Origin: Octopus sinensis
Lineage: Eukaryota
Assembly (NCBI RefSeq): GCF_006345805.1
Contig: NW_021833026.1
Coordinates: 434,001-498,000, forward strand
DNA length: 64,000 bases
Direction: 5' to 3'
A program made the position numbers and the translations under genes. This document shows, in pieces, positions 1 through 12,609 of this stretch (positions are counted from its first letter, which is position 1; each line of letters opens with the position of its first letter). The notes under the pieces were generated by a model. It was not told the origin of the DNA and ran no database searches. It saw nothing but the letters and a program-made list of their open reading frames with translations.

Positions 1-3000
1 CAACAATAATGTCGAATATCCAATTAATCGACCCCGAATAGAATTTGAGAGACGAGAGAGAAACATTACTCGAAATACTCAACTTGACATCCATCCCACT
101 CGACCTGAAAGCCCGGAATGTGTCGTGTGTCTGCATCACTCAAATATTCTCACCAAAACATCCGCGACGTACTCCCGGTGGATTGGAATCACCGTGAAAT
201 GAGAGTAAGCATCACCAGGACATATCCAGGAGACTTTGGCCCTACCACTCAGCCAGAAAACACCACTCAAAGCAGGCATTCGGAATATGCACCAGTCGAT
301 AATCGTCATAACTCGAAGCAGTCTTGCAGTTTATTTGCAAGTCTCCGTTCAACACAAACTTCCCTGCCATGAACTGATGAGAGTAACCACATGTGTTCTC
401 AAACACGAGGGACTCCCAGGACCACTCGATGAACTCAGTCGAGTTGTATGGGTCATTCGTAAGGCGGTACATCAACGATAACTTTAGTCGGGCTCTCCAA
501 TTTCCGTGGAGAACGTAGCGGAACATGTCGAACCAACTCAACTTGGGACTGCAATCTCGACTGGGCGACGTTATCAAATCAAGGCAGTGGAAAAATTGGC
601 AGAGCGAAGGCTCGATGCTGGGTCCGTAGGCCACTCTCACTTGCCCCGACTCTACCATCCACGTATACAAATACTCGAATCGAGGTCGTAGAAATACTTG
701 AGGGGGCACAGTGACTTTCGAATCTCGAAATCCCCGAATGGAATGACGACTTGGTCTACCAGTAGGCACACTAATCTACTCAAATATGTCCCCGTCAGTT
801 CTGCCCCTCCCAACAGTCCCCAAAATCGACAATTATTCCAGACTATAAGAGGCACGGAATAGTCCCGGAGAGCAGTCCTCATTTCGTCAAACTCAAAAAT
901 GACATAACGACAAAAGAGAGTGCTGAATGATGTCTCCCCACCGTCAAAACTACTCCTCACTCACACAATCCACCATTCAGGCTCCACTCGCTTCATAAAC
1001 CCCAGAATATTGTCTTCCCCAAAAACGGAGGGGTCTGACAGGGCTTTGAGGGAGACCCCCTCCAGACTGATCCGACAGAGGGTTTTGATCCCTTCTTGTT
1101 GCCGACGGTGAATCCCCACCCGCTCAATGTACGCGGAGGAATTCCTTTGCTCCACTGTGGCGTACAATTCATCCATTTTCTCGACTTTTATGACACACAA
1201 CACTCACTCGACATGCTTGCCCCCATTTCCTGCAGTCGTTTGTCCAGAATTACTGATCTCTGCACCTTTTCCACAAACTCATCACTCAGTAACTGCAATA
1301 TGACTTATTCCCTACTCTGAAGTTGCTCAATATCCTGTTCTCGAATGGGTCGTCCTCGAATACCACAGAAAAGTGCTGGGAATGATAAGGACTCGCACAT
1401 TTATGCTGATATTCAAGTCACTCATCAACGTCGGGGCTGAATCGGAGACATTTCTCAACTTTTTGTGGACAATCCTCATTATTTTAAAGGCGTCCTTCAA
1501 CTGAACACTCACAATAATAACTACCGCCACAAAACAGGCATCAAAGTTGTAATTAAATGGAAAAACCACGTGAAATGACCCGAACGTGTAATCTCTGACA
1601 ATATGACACCCAAGAATAACATTGTGTGGTTTATAGCCTGTTCAATCCCCTCAAATGAACTGCGGACACCAATTCCAGCTTCCCCAGCTGACTTGGTTAT
1701 GTCAATTTGCTACAATCACAACAACAGCCCACCTGAAGAGTGAATATGTCATGGCCATCAAAAGCAATCACCAACTCGTCGGTTATTTCCGCATTAACCA
1801 CGTCGGGAGTCCTTTTTATGACCAAGTCCGTGAGGGAAAAGACCACTCGGTGATTATCTGAGCATGTCCACTACACTCAACCTGGGAGAGTCATTGCCCA
1901 ATGTGAGTGAACACACACTTTGACTGACCATGTAGTATTACTGGGGGTTGTCCTCCCCTTCAGTCTATCCACCACTGGTTTTAGATCAGTGAGGACATTA
2001 TAGACACTCACATGGGTCAGTTGATTCCACGTTATGTTCAGACTGTGGGGAAACACCACAGAATATGTCCACTCACTCTTACTCAACCTGACTGTGATCA
2101 GTTTAGTCTCCGCACAGACATGACCAACCAATGGATTAGCAATGTCATCCACATGTCTTATCACTGGATGGAAGACACACACCTCTCCTCTCATATTCGA
2201 CGACAGCTTGGATTTGAGACTGCAAATGAGTGCCACTGCCATTTTGGAGTCCACACACAAGCACACGACTGCTGTCTTGACTTTGCAATATGACATGGCC
2301 AGTCTTCTCTTCGTGGAAACGTCACTGGAGAAATGTCTGATGGATGACAGTCCTCTTGTTAGTAGTCTACTAAACTCAGAGGACACTCCCAGGTGGAGTG
2401 AGTCCATAAAAATGTGTGATCTGTCATCCAATGTGATCTGAAAGTAAATGTGATAATCAAACCAGGATAGACTTGGCATAGACAATTGTCCTCCAGTGGT
2501 GGACATCACTCGTCCAGGTCGACACATCACTCCACAAAGACGACATTTGCAGTGCCAGTACATCACACGATATACTCCACTCTAAATACGTGTGGAGACA
2601 ACACAAACCTCCAATCTGACACATCTCCACTTGCGAGTTGACCACATCCAAAATGACCCCTTCTTGTGTGTCGTCCGTATATTCCACCCTCGTCTTCATT
2701 AACTTAGCAACCAAGTGCCTCAATCCCCTGCAATGTCAGGTGTTCATACCCTTCCTTTCCTCTCCTACTTTTTTGTTTTAACAGAATTTTTAGGCCAATT
2801 GTGTCAAGCAAATGAACCACAGAGAGCAGACTGATTGAAATATCTCCCCACCGAAGAAACAGTTCATTACCGCTGTCCGCCTGTCTCAAATGGGCCATAT
2901 TAAAGTCGGCCAATGATAATATGCGGTGGTCAGCTGACAGGAGGGACAACTCTATCAAAATGTAACTACTCGAAATACGTTCGACTGTCAACTCCGTCGA

Positions 3001-4261
3001 TTTGACGTGAAATGAGCAGACGGAAACCAACTTGGAGGAATTGATAGACAAAGTAGAAGTCCTTAAAATAAGAAAAGTAACTCACAGGGAATTGTCAAGC
3101 AGTATAATCTCACATTTGTTGAGTCTGACTTGAATATTCTATCATATAAACATATCTACAAACATAGTGAGAGGCCACAGCGGGACTGCCCACTTCACTC
3201 GCCTCCACACTCTTTATAAGGGCCCTGAGGATACCTCGAGGACTAGACAGAGCAAAGCAACCAGAGGAAGCACGGAGAAGTAGCCCGTCCACCTCCATTT
3301 CGACATTCAGCAAGGATGAGGCAATACTCGACCTACACGAAACCAGTTGCCCCTCAATTTTCTCGCCATTACAAAAACTGGCACTTATTAGGAAAGAATC
3401 GACTTTCCAGTCCACCCACAGACTATTCCGTAATAAAATAGTCATACGACTCAGTAATGTGGATATGTGCGAGACAGAGTGACCCCTCCACCAAGAATGC
3501 CGACCTCTATCACATCCCACGTGGGAATATACCAGAAAACAGTCAGGGGAGGCCATAGTGTTGTACATCTTGAAATGAACGTCCTCCAATTGGACTTGGG
3601 GTATTTGGGGGAGGGGAGTGTCCGACTGAGGAGTGTCTGTGGAGGGAGGGAGACAGAAAAGTGTGTGGCAGTCCACATAAATCCGAGTATTTGTCAATCG
3701 GAGAGTGTTTCCCATAACTGGACAATAAAGGGAGGACACACCGAGAGATGACTCAGCAGACACCAATTCCCTATCCCCCGCCCACACTTTGAGTAGAATT
3801 CCCTTCACAGTAATACTTTTATTAGAATGGTCACCCAACCTATTCTGGCCAGTCATGACGTCGTCGAAGAGTACAAACACGGAAAGGTCGGAATGTTCTG
3901 TTTTGAATACGAGATTGTCGATTTGGATGACAAATGGTAGTTTTGGGAGGGTCTGGAAGAGGACAGTCTGGGATTTGTTTTTTGACTGTTTTTTGATGAT
4001 TCGGACGTTGTTGGCACTGGGAATAAAGGTGGGGGTGACATTAGGTGGTTTAGGGCATGTCCACAGGTGAGTCTGGCGATTGTCACCTCCAGCGAGGATG
4101 TCTCCAGTCTTACATGGCCGAGGTACATCCAGCCAATCCTCTGCACTGAAATCGACACTTTCCACACCAGTTTGATTAAATAGCCGATAATATGTCTGTG
4201 TTTGGGAAATTAAGTCAAACCTGGCATATAAAAGTAGGAGAATTAAAACGAGGCACCACAT
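1..4261 (-). CDS. BLTP2: Bridge-like lipid transfer protein 2 (KIAA0100/Hobbit/Fmp27), multi-exon, 3' part beyond left edge
   Basis: N-terminal hydrophobic anchor (MWCLVLILLLLYARF) followed by beta-strand-rich ORFs. ORF 242-769 has SPSRDCSPKLSWFDMFRYVLHGNW..TNDPYNSTEFIEWSW..GKFVLNGDLQINCKTASSYDD, matching the remembered Fmp27 GFWDK-type region of KIAA0100 ([60 protein letters not shown]) at about the expected distance from the start. Confidence 0.9.
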
Positions 4262-4389
4262 GCTATAATAATTAAATTTGTTTAGGACAGTCTAAATAAT
4301 GTTATTGGGTCAATCTAAATATTTAATTAAATTGTAAATTTTAATTTTTATTTGAAAAAAAAACAAAAGAAAATATAGGTTAATTAAGG

Positions 4390-4510
4390 TTGCTTAAGAG
4401 CAGAAAGGATAGCGTGGCTATAACCCCTGACAACGGTTGTTGAAAGGCGTTGAAACAGCTGTGCGGATGAGACCAGGAGGCTCCAGCTGTACCAGGAGGC
4501 TCCAATTGTA
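4390..4510 (-). mobile_element. Extreme 3' end of a CRE-like (RLE) non-LTR retrotransposon, 5'-truncated
   Basis: Minus strand reads AQLFQRLSTTVVRGYSHAILSALKQP*, the terminal FQR.S.A.QRGN..IL motif of CRE-type RLE ORFs, followed by a T-rich tract. Confidence 0.65.
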
Positions 4511-4703
4511 AATAATTCTTTTTTTGATAATGAGAACATATTTTTAAGTTATATGTCTTACAATGTCCCGACTTTAGTCATTCAGTCGAAGAGTAAATTT
4601 GAAGTAGACAAGCTATATTCATGAAGAATTTATTTTTTTAATTGAATTTTTACTAATTTGGATATTTTAATTAAATTATTATGATAAATAAAATCTAGTT
4701 ATT

Positions 4704-5086
4704 ATGCCGCGGAAGACTGTGAACTCTTGTGATGAAATAGATGAGGTATTTTAAATGTAATAATCTAAGAAAAAACGAATGATTAAAAGAATAAAAAATA
4801 CAGAGGTCGATATTTTAATCCTCCATCCTTTAGTCCGCCCAAAGAACACGCATTCGAGAAAAACACTACCGAAAATACATTGAGGACGCCGATATACATT
4901 TACAATATTTTTCCTCTCAATTGAGGAGTCTATCTCTGTTTGGCAACCCCTTTTACCCTGTATGTCTACTCTTCTAAGTCCCAGGCAGAAGAAAGAGCTT
5001 TCAACGGGCTTTACGAGTATATTAATCAAGAGATTAGACAATATTCTCTCAGAGAGAGGCCCAGACACTACGATAATTATTATTAG
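4704..5086 (+). CDS. Small bZIP-like transcription factor (spliced; not in ORF track)
   Basis: Removing GT-AG introns of 24, 28 and 19 or 25 nt gives MPRKTVNSCDEIDEKKRMIKRIKNTESAQRTRIREKHYRKYIEDADIHLQYFSSQL. This is a basic region with the N..SA.R.R signature plus a short I/L/L heptad. Confidence 0.65.
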
Positions 5087-5106
5087 TTGATTATTTAAAT
5101 TCCACT

Positions 5107-6550
5107 TTATTCTATATCCACCCATTGATTAGAAGCACTATAGTTGTCTATTATATTTTCACAATTCATTGATTCACTCACTGTCTGAGTAGTGCTTATT
5201 ATATCAGGAGAGTAAGTAATAGGGCATTTGTGGTACAGTATATTGGTATGATTCTGTCTCGGTTTGTTTACTTATACGTCTGCAGGATTAGAGGCAGCTG
5301 GTAGAGATAAAATTTAGTTTGTCTGTTTTGTAGACACCACATCAACCAAAAATAGTTTTGTTTGTCAATGGAGTAATCAAAATCTTCTTCAAAATGATTA
5401 ATATTATAAATTTATTTTAAATAAAAAGAATAGCGCAAATCCTCTAAAAATGCCTTCTTCATTATTTTTTCTCAATAGGATGAAGAAGTAGAGAGCCTGA
5501 ACAGCCCCCTCCAACATGAGAATCCCCTTAATGTCCTCAATCTCCATATTTATAAGTTTCTTCATATTGATTGTACACAATGTGACCCCATCAGTCTTCA
5601 TTAAATACAATTTTTTGCAAATAGACTGCGACAGTCCCATTTCACTCAAAAAGTGAAAGACATTAGTCACCGACCAAGTCTCCAACGACCGACTCCGATA
5701 AGAAATGTCATATTCGTCCTTCCGTTCACCATTCCGCGACCTGTGGCCAACAATCGAGTCCGTTCTGACCGGAGGGACAGGCTGGGACAACGTTTCTGAC
5801 AAAAGAGATGCCCCATGGTCAGATCCGACACGATTATTCCTACAAAATCCGTTATACATGTGCATATTCTCTGCAATTTTATCCTCAAAATCGTCAATTA
5901 CACTCTGAACCTAAAATAGCTTGTTTTGAGCAAATACTTTATCCACTGCTGCAATTGCCGAGTCTGTTCGAATGCTGCTTTCAGTTGTACTGCCACAACT
6001 ACTACTTTTGATCACCGCTCGACTCACAATGTCTGAAACTAGAAATGGATTACTGACCTTCTGTCTTCTCGATGAAAGCTGAGTAGTTTTTTGTGAGAGA
6101 AGAATATGATTTGATTTCAGAATGTTTAAAATTATTGTTCATTTTGGAGTCCTGTTCATTGTCCTCGTTGAACATTTCCCTTATTTGTTGAAGGTCCTTA
6201 GGATTCTAAAATTAAATGATCACTTTGTGCGATCTCGGCTTGAGACGGACAGAAACATTGGCCGCGGTGAGTTCTTCCATGACAGGATTCCACATTTTTA
6301 CATTTGCCTTGATTGTGGGGGCCCCATGTCGTCCTTTTCTGTCTATAAAAGTTATATTTACTCACCAAAACAACCTTTACGAAACATAATTACGCCAAAT
6401 TACCGTATCAAGTGGAAATTTATCAAAATTACGGCAAAATCGAATTTTCAGCGCTGCCACTATCAATTTTATCGACCACGTCGCGTTATCGAACGGCCAA
6501 TCAGCGATGACTGTTTGGAGTGTCTGTCACCATAACGAGACGGCGTCATA
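5107..6550 (-). CDS. SAM-domain protein, multi-exon; ends approximate
   Basis: ORF 5404-5865 contains LETWSVTNVFHFLSEMGLSQSICKKLYLMKTDGVTLCTINMKKLINMEIED, a SAM pattern (W....V..FL...GL......IDG..L). Flanking coding-like segments are separated by GT-AG micro-introns. Confidence 0.55.
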
Positions 6551-7407
6551 TTAATATATACTTTATTTTTTATATTATAAATGTTTTTTTATTATTTTTT
6601 AGATTTTTTACTGTGGGTATTGATGTTTCTAGTGAGTGTGAATATTCATTATTGATTCAAATAATTGGTCTAGTTTTTTAATTAGGATTTTTATCATAAT
6701 TGTACAAAAATTATTTAAAAATTATCATAAAATTAATCTAGTTGATGTGAGGACTTTAGATTATTCAATTAGTGTGTTTATCCAATGAATTATTCAACCA
6801 CATAAAATATCTTAATTCCTTATTTCATTAAAATGTAAATTCGATTAAATTAATTTACGCTTGAATTGATCAACAAATTAAAAGTTTAATTTCTACTTTA
6901 TAATGTCATTAATCTGGAAAACCAATAAAAAACCAATAAAATAATAAGTCAGCTATTTTTAATGTCGACAAAGATTTTAATCAATTTATTGCAAATACTA
7001 AGATTATCGCATTAAATCAGCGCTTATAAAAATTTCTTTTTAATCCGAACAGTTTTGTTTGTAAGACTGATTAAGCTGTTTAAAAAGATTAAATAAAAAT
7101 TGTTGGATCATCTATTCAGAATGACAATCAATCACTGATCCACTTTTGCGTGTTCCATTTGTAATAAATTGGTAAAAAACACATTTCACGTGTGATCTGA
7201 TCTTTAGTGTGGTACTTTATTACATCCTTGTTTTGTCATTTCATTCATTTCTATTCTTATCGTATTCTTATTTCATTTTACCAATTAATCCTATTCTTAC
7301 TCCACTGTATTTATTCCCATGTTTTTTGTCTATCTTTGGTGTTCTACACCCCTCGACAAAAAATTTCTGAAATCCTTGGTGTTCCAAAATTGATTGTATT
7401 TGATGTT

Positions 7408-7507
7408 TTACAAAATCCACTAAAAATCAAAATCCACTAAAGATCTCGCAAAATCCACTAAAGATCTCGAGATAGAATCAATTATGCAAAATCCACTAAA
7501 GATCTCG
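7408..7507. repeat. Short imperfect tandem repeat, unit CAAAATCCACTAAAGATCTCG (about 4 copies)
   Basis: Directly visible repeated units, one truncated and one interrupted. Confidence 0.85.
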
Positions 7508-7669
7508 CGTTAGAGATAGAAGCAATTACTAAAAAAAAGTTATTTCCCCGCGAACTATTACTCCAATTTAAATAAGAATGGTATATTTCGTAGAGTAGCA
7601 AAGTAAAAACCATTTTTAAGTACAAGAAACATAATTAAAAGATATGAAATTTTGAAAATGTTCGTTTGT

Positions 7670-8100
7670 ATGAATAAAGAATGGAGATTAATAATTTTTT
7701 CAGATAAGTGTCCCTTCGAAGTTTATAATGCACCAAAAGAAAAAATTATATACAGAAAAAGAGGAAATGATTAAAAATATTTAAATTTCGGTTCCAACTG
7801 GTAAGTGTGGTGGTGGCTAAATTATGATCTGGGGATGTTTTTCTTCTTTTGACATGGGTACATTATGTTGTATTCAAAAAAAATTAACTTTGGTAAATAT
7901 ATCAACATTGTGGCAAACAATCTTGAAAAATCAGCGATTACAATGGGGCTAATTCAACAAGACAATACACCACGTCATACTTTCAATGCAACAATAGAAC
8001 ATTTTCTGCAAATAAAAATAATTTACTCGATTGGCCGGACATGAATCCGGTTGAACATATTTGAGCTAACATAAAATATGAATTATCGAATGAAAATAAA
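7670..8100 (+). mobile_element. Degenerate Tc1 transposase relic
   Basis: Fragments EWRLIIFSD, IMIWGCFS, QQDNTPRHT and MNPVEHI*ANIK match the Tc1 DDE motifs, with stops and frameshifts. Confidence 0.8.
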
Positions 8101-8283
8101 GAAAATCGACCAAAAAAGAAAGCAAAAAAAATTTGTCCACGGAAAATCTTATGCAATTAACCGATATTGAAAAATCAATATTTTTTTAATAAGCAAGAAA
8201 AGAAAATAATTAAAAACGTTTAAAAAAATCATTAATTTTAGACTGCCTAGCCTTCTGACAAAGGCGTAAGACGCTTTTTTCTA

Positions 8284-9551
8284 TACCTTTCCAAGTTCAA
8301 TATGGGATTTTCAAGTTCAAGGATTTTCAAGTCGGTTATTGAATTCATTTATTAATTTAAATCGCCTTACATTACAAAATGTACGTTAATAAAAAGAAAG
8401 AATTAGCTGAAAAAAGAAAAAATTTGTTGACCGTTTACGAAAATGATGGGGATTGGAATCAAGTTGCATGTTCTCTCGGAATAAAAAAACAACTGCATAC
8501 AGGTGGATAAAAGAAGGCTTTAAGGATGATTTAAGAGGTGGTTTTCGATATTCAAAATTTCAAATACCGTACGAGATTATATGCAAGAAATGGTCGAGTC
8601 AAATCCGAAAATTACTGCAAACAATTGGCTGCAGAGATCCAAGATAAGTACGGAAAAAGTGTCAGGTGAGTGCGTTCGCCTGCATCTTGATTCGCTTATG
8701 TATACCATAAAAAACATAAGATTCGAACCTGAAAAAAGCAACTCAATGCAGAACAAAGAGAAGCGCAAAAGATTTTGTGACAAGCTGCTTGGTTATCAAG
8801 CAATGGAAATTCCGATTCTTTTTATAGACGAATCCAACTTTAATTTACACATATCAAGAAAACAAGGGAGGGCGAAAAAGGGGCAGCGATGTAATACACG
8901 TGCAGCTTCATCTAAAGAAGCTAACATTCATGTTATCGGTTGCAACGGTACAAAAGGGGTAATACACTTTGAAATACGAAGAGGATCCTTTAAAAAACAA
9001 ACTGCGTATGATTGGATTAAAGCATGAAGTTTATCTAAGTCCAGTAGTTTTAATAATTGACAATGCTCCATGTCATACAGACATTGAAAAAATACTTGAA
9101 GAAAATGAATTCACAGAAAGCAAAATACTTAGACTTGCACCTTACAGTCCAATGTTAAATCCAATCGAACAAATATGGTCTAAAATGAAAGCTTTTGTAA
9201 AAAGAAAAATGGCTGAAAATCTTGGGAATATCTTATATGGAAATGAACCTGACTTGTCAAAAACAGAATTTCGGAAACAGAGATTGGAGGATTTAATTAA
9301 ACAATCTATGGACGAAGTTACTCCAAAGATTTGTGCTAAGTTAATAGCCAGAATCCAAGGACTATTGCCTTCTTTATTAAATTACAAGGACGTAACATTT
9401 TAATTTTTTCGTTTGATATAAATGAGTCATGATTTTTTTCAAATATTTTAAAATTAACTTGGAAATCCCATATTGAATTTGGAAAATCCCACTTTGAACT
9501 TGGAAATCCCATATTGAATTTGGAAATTCCCATATTGAACTTGGAAAGGTA
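8284..9551 (+). mobile_element. IS630/Tc1-superfamily DNA transposon (DD35E), both ends present, transposase disrupted
   Basis: TIR TACCTTTCCAAGTTCAATATGGGA at both ends; TA duplication at 8282-83 and 9552-53 in a C-TA-G context. Motifs DESNF, DNAPCH and LAPYSPMLNPIE, with 35 residues between the second D and E. Several frameshifts. Confidence 0.92.
9461..9551. repeat. Subterminal ~21-bp direct repeats of the IS630-like element (AACTTGGAAATCCCATATTG-type)
   Basis: About 4.5 copies at the right end and about 2.5 inverted, degenerate copies at 8287-8335. Confidence 0.85.
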
Positions 9552-9599
9552 TAGTTCATAAAAGTTTTCCATATCTATTTCACTTGTTAAATAGCTGTT

Positions 9600-10671
9600 A
9601 GTAAGAAACTGGCGTATCAATCTGCATGCACCCTTAGCTTCCCAACTGGTTATTTTCAGGGGTATGAAATCTTCATCATCACCATCGTCTTGACATTAAA
9701 TATATTTCATCATCGGACATGATTCCGATAAATTCGTCGTCCTCGTTAGCAACATCCATCGCTATTTCATTTTCAATATTACTAAATTCTTCCCCGACTT
9801 CTTCATGGAATATATCTTCGGCGAATTCCTGATGACATCCATCCTTACGGAAACAGTTGTAAATTTTTATTATTTTGACTTCTCTCCAAGCCATTTTGAG
9901 CATGTGTAGTGCATCCAAGAGAGTGACCGAATTCACAACGAATTTGATGCAGGCATCGCCTGAATCAATTATGGCGTCACTCTTTGTAAATCTGTAGTTG
10001 TGCTTTAGACTTTTATGATCCCCATATCACATGGCTGAATGCATGCGGATGTGTTTGGTGGGATAAAATACAATCTAACATTTGATAAATTTTCTCCAGC
10101 ATCTTTTGGATGCACAGCACAATTGTCAAGGACCATGGCTATATTTCTTTTTTGTACTTTCATTTTCTTGTTAACACATGATAACCAGTTTTTAAAAATG
10201 CATTCTATAATTCTACTGAAATTGACGTGATACCTTATTGGGAACGTAGTTAACTGGAAGTGTTTTGATACCTTTGAAGCATCTAGGATTCTTTCTTTTC
10301 CCAATGACCATCAATGGGTGTTTGTCCGAACCCGTCATGTTGCAGGATACCATTGCCTGAGTTTGGTCTCCTTGAATAAACAAATTGATTATTTCCAATT
10401 TTTGAGAAAGTGCAAGATCACGATGTAACGAAAATGACATGTGCAATAATAGAATAGAAGAGAATAGAATAGACATGTGCAATAATAATTCAATTTTAAA
10501 ATTACAAATTATTATGCAATTAAGCGAAAATTTTTATAAGAAAAAATAGTAAATGTTCCCAATGAGAGTATTCAATAAACTGATTTATGCAATTAACCGA
10601 TATATTTGGAATGGAAAGCATATAAATTATGATTTTAAACATAAATTTATGCGATTAACCGATTTCTACTG
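9600..10671 (-). mobile_element. pogo/Tigger transposase relic with one TIR
   Basis: Motifs MVSCNMTGSDKHPLMVIGKRKNPRCFK, VLDNCAVH, PPNTSACIQPCDMGII and AWREV..IYNCFRK. A CAGTAGAAATCGGTTAA terminus is flanked by TA at 10672-73. Confidence 0.85.
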
Positions 10672-11589
10672 TATCGTACTAATATTTTATTTTTTGACAT
10701 CGTGTCCGAAAAGATGTCTATCTCAGCCACAGCACAAAAGAAAATAGATGGAGAAGAGACACACTTCTTCGTTTGGATTCTCTTCGTTTGGATTAGCTAG
10801 TTTCTTAATAAAATGTTCTCTCTCTGTCTTGATTTTATGTGGCCGCACAAGCTTTGTCATGATCCATGGCATCGCGAAAGTGCGTCTAATAATAATAAAA
10901 AAGAAGAAAATTTACTTCAATCGAAGTTGCAACCCCTTGTTCAGAAATAATAAAATCGTTCAGGCAACTTCTATGTGCACACTTGATTGAATTTTATACC
11001 AATGATGGCAATGTAGATCACGAAAAAGTTACGGAAAAGTTGAAGAAATTCACTCTATTGAATTGCTTGATATTCATAAATCAACTTGGTTAGAAGCATC
11101 GGAATTGACAATTACAAATTGTTTCAAGAAATCATATGAAAATGCATTAATACAGAACCTGACAAAAATAGGAGAAATAGATTATGAAAATTGTTTGATT
11201 CATGAAATTTTATATAGAACTTTGCGAGAAAACTAAAACAGACCAAGTTAAGAGGAAGATTAAAAAATTTATTTTCTGACACTAGTGAATATGGGAAGGC
11301 GTTTGAATTATGCTTTTTTGAGAGGGATTATGAACAACCTTGAAAGTGTGCATAATATTGCTGAATCAACAGTCCCAGACGGTAAAGACGTTCCCGAAAC
11401 ATGTAATAAAGCTTTATAATTTTACAACAGGTGATTACAAATTTGATTTTTCCCGGGTAGACTTAAATTCTGCTTATTATAAAATGATGAATAAAAAAAG
11501 AGAGAGGTTCATCGATTGAAATATGAATTTAACATTGGAGATAATATATCCAATTTATAGTACTTAAAAGTTTCGTATTCAGAAAGAGT

Positions 11590-12590
11590 ATGAAAGTAAT
11601 CCCTCACCAATTCTGCATCAGCTACAAACCATATCAGAAACACAATAGGCCACCAAATTCTGTGCAAAAACCAAAAAAGAGACATCTAACAACCCCTTTT
11701 CTACCTGATCAAGTCACATTGGTAATCCAACACACAAAGAATACAATTTCCTGTGGTCCAGACGGAATGATTCTGCTCAAAAAACTGGGCCCTGTAGCTA
11801 TCACAGCATTAACGGCCATCTACAATCAGTCAGTAAATGAAAACAGTATTCCAAATATATGAAAACAATCCAAAATCCATCCAATCTTAAAACCTGGGAA
11901 GGAGAGGAACGAACCAGCATCATACAGGCCAATATCTCTATTATGTGCCCCCTGAAGAATTCTTGAAAAGTTGATTCTTGGCCGACTTCGACATTTTATC
12001 CCGGAAGCAGCCTTTCAACATGGTTTCAAGAAAGGACTGTCAACTACATCTCATTTACTGTCCCTGAAACAAATTATTACAAAAGGTGTTAGAAAGGAAA
12101 CCTAAACAAGAAAAATCGATTGTATGCTCAATTGATATTCATTAGGCTTTTGACACGGTCTCCCGAAAAATTCTTACGCAAAAAATTTACTCGTTGAATA
12201 TGGAACCAAATTTAAAACTATGGCTCGCCAATTTTCTGAATGGACGTCGGGGTAGAGTCTAAAAGGGCGATCGAAGATCTGCATCGAGGCTACTACCTAA
12301 TAAAGTGCCACAAGTCCCCCCTATCCCCCGTATTATTCAACCTAATGTTGAACGATATGCCTCTTCCTGAAAACAAGATGACATTTTACTATCATATTCG
12401 GATATAATCGTTGCATCGAGGGATATGTGTCAGCGAAGCTACAAGAAGATTACAGAAAAATATAAATAACCTGTGTATATGACTCAATACCAATCTGGTT
12501 AAAGCAAGCCCGGAAAAGTCTGAGCTAACCTTTTTCACAACTAACAAAAGACTGAGGAATTTGTCGATAAATGTGACCATGGAAGGAAAT
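11590..12590 (+). mobile_element. Non-LTR retrotransposon RT relic (I/Jockey-like group)
   Basis: SCGPDG, PILKPGK..SYRPISLLC, FQHGFKKG, DIH*AFDTV and PLSPVLFNL motifs with many stops. Same family as 46560-47815. Confidence 0.85.
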
Positions 12591-12609
12591 CAATTTTTCA
12601 AAAAAAAAT

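Noticed and set aside
1-4261. GC-richer run of unfamiliar minus-strand ORFs that first looked like an endogenous RNA virus
   Set aside because: The 242-769 ORF matches the conserved BLTP2/Fmp27 region, and the ORF breaks fit micro-introns.
4400-4525. GC-rich island with a direct repeat (ACCAGGAGGCTCCA x2) and a T-run, suggesting a Pol III ncRNA
   Set aside because: No snRNA, SRP or RNase P motif; the minus strand encodes the CRE-like terminal motif.
4751-5125. 124-aa minus-strand ORF, and similar antisense ORFs over ELAV, PBX, the SET gene and APE
   Set aside because: These are shadows of genes on the opposite strand with no motif support.
8490-8660. Programmed -1 frameshifting in the IS630-like element
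   Set aside because: There are several separate shifts plus a probable deletion, not one slippery site; this fits decay or homopolymer consensus error better.
9461-9551. CRISPR-like regularly spaced repeats (also 7408-7507)
   Set aside because: Units are contiguous with no unique spacers, there are no cas genes, and the context is eukaryotic; the 9461-9551 repeats are transposon subterminal repeats.
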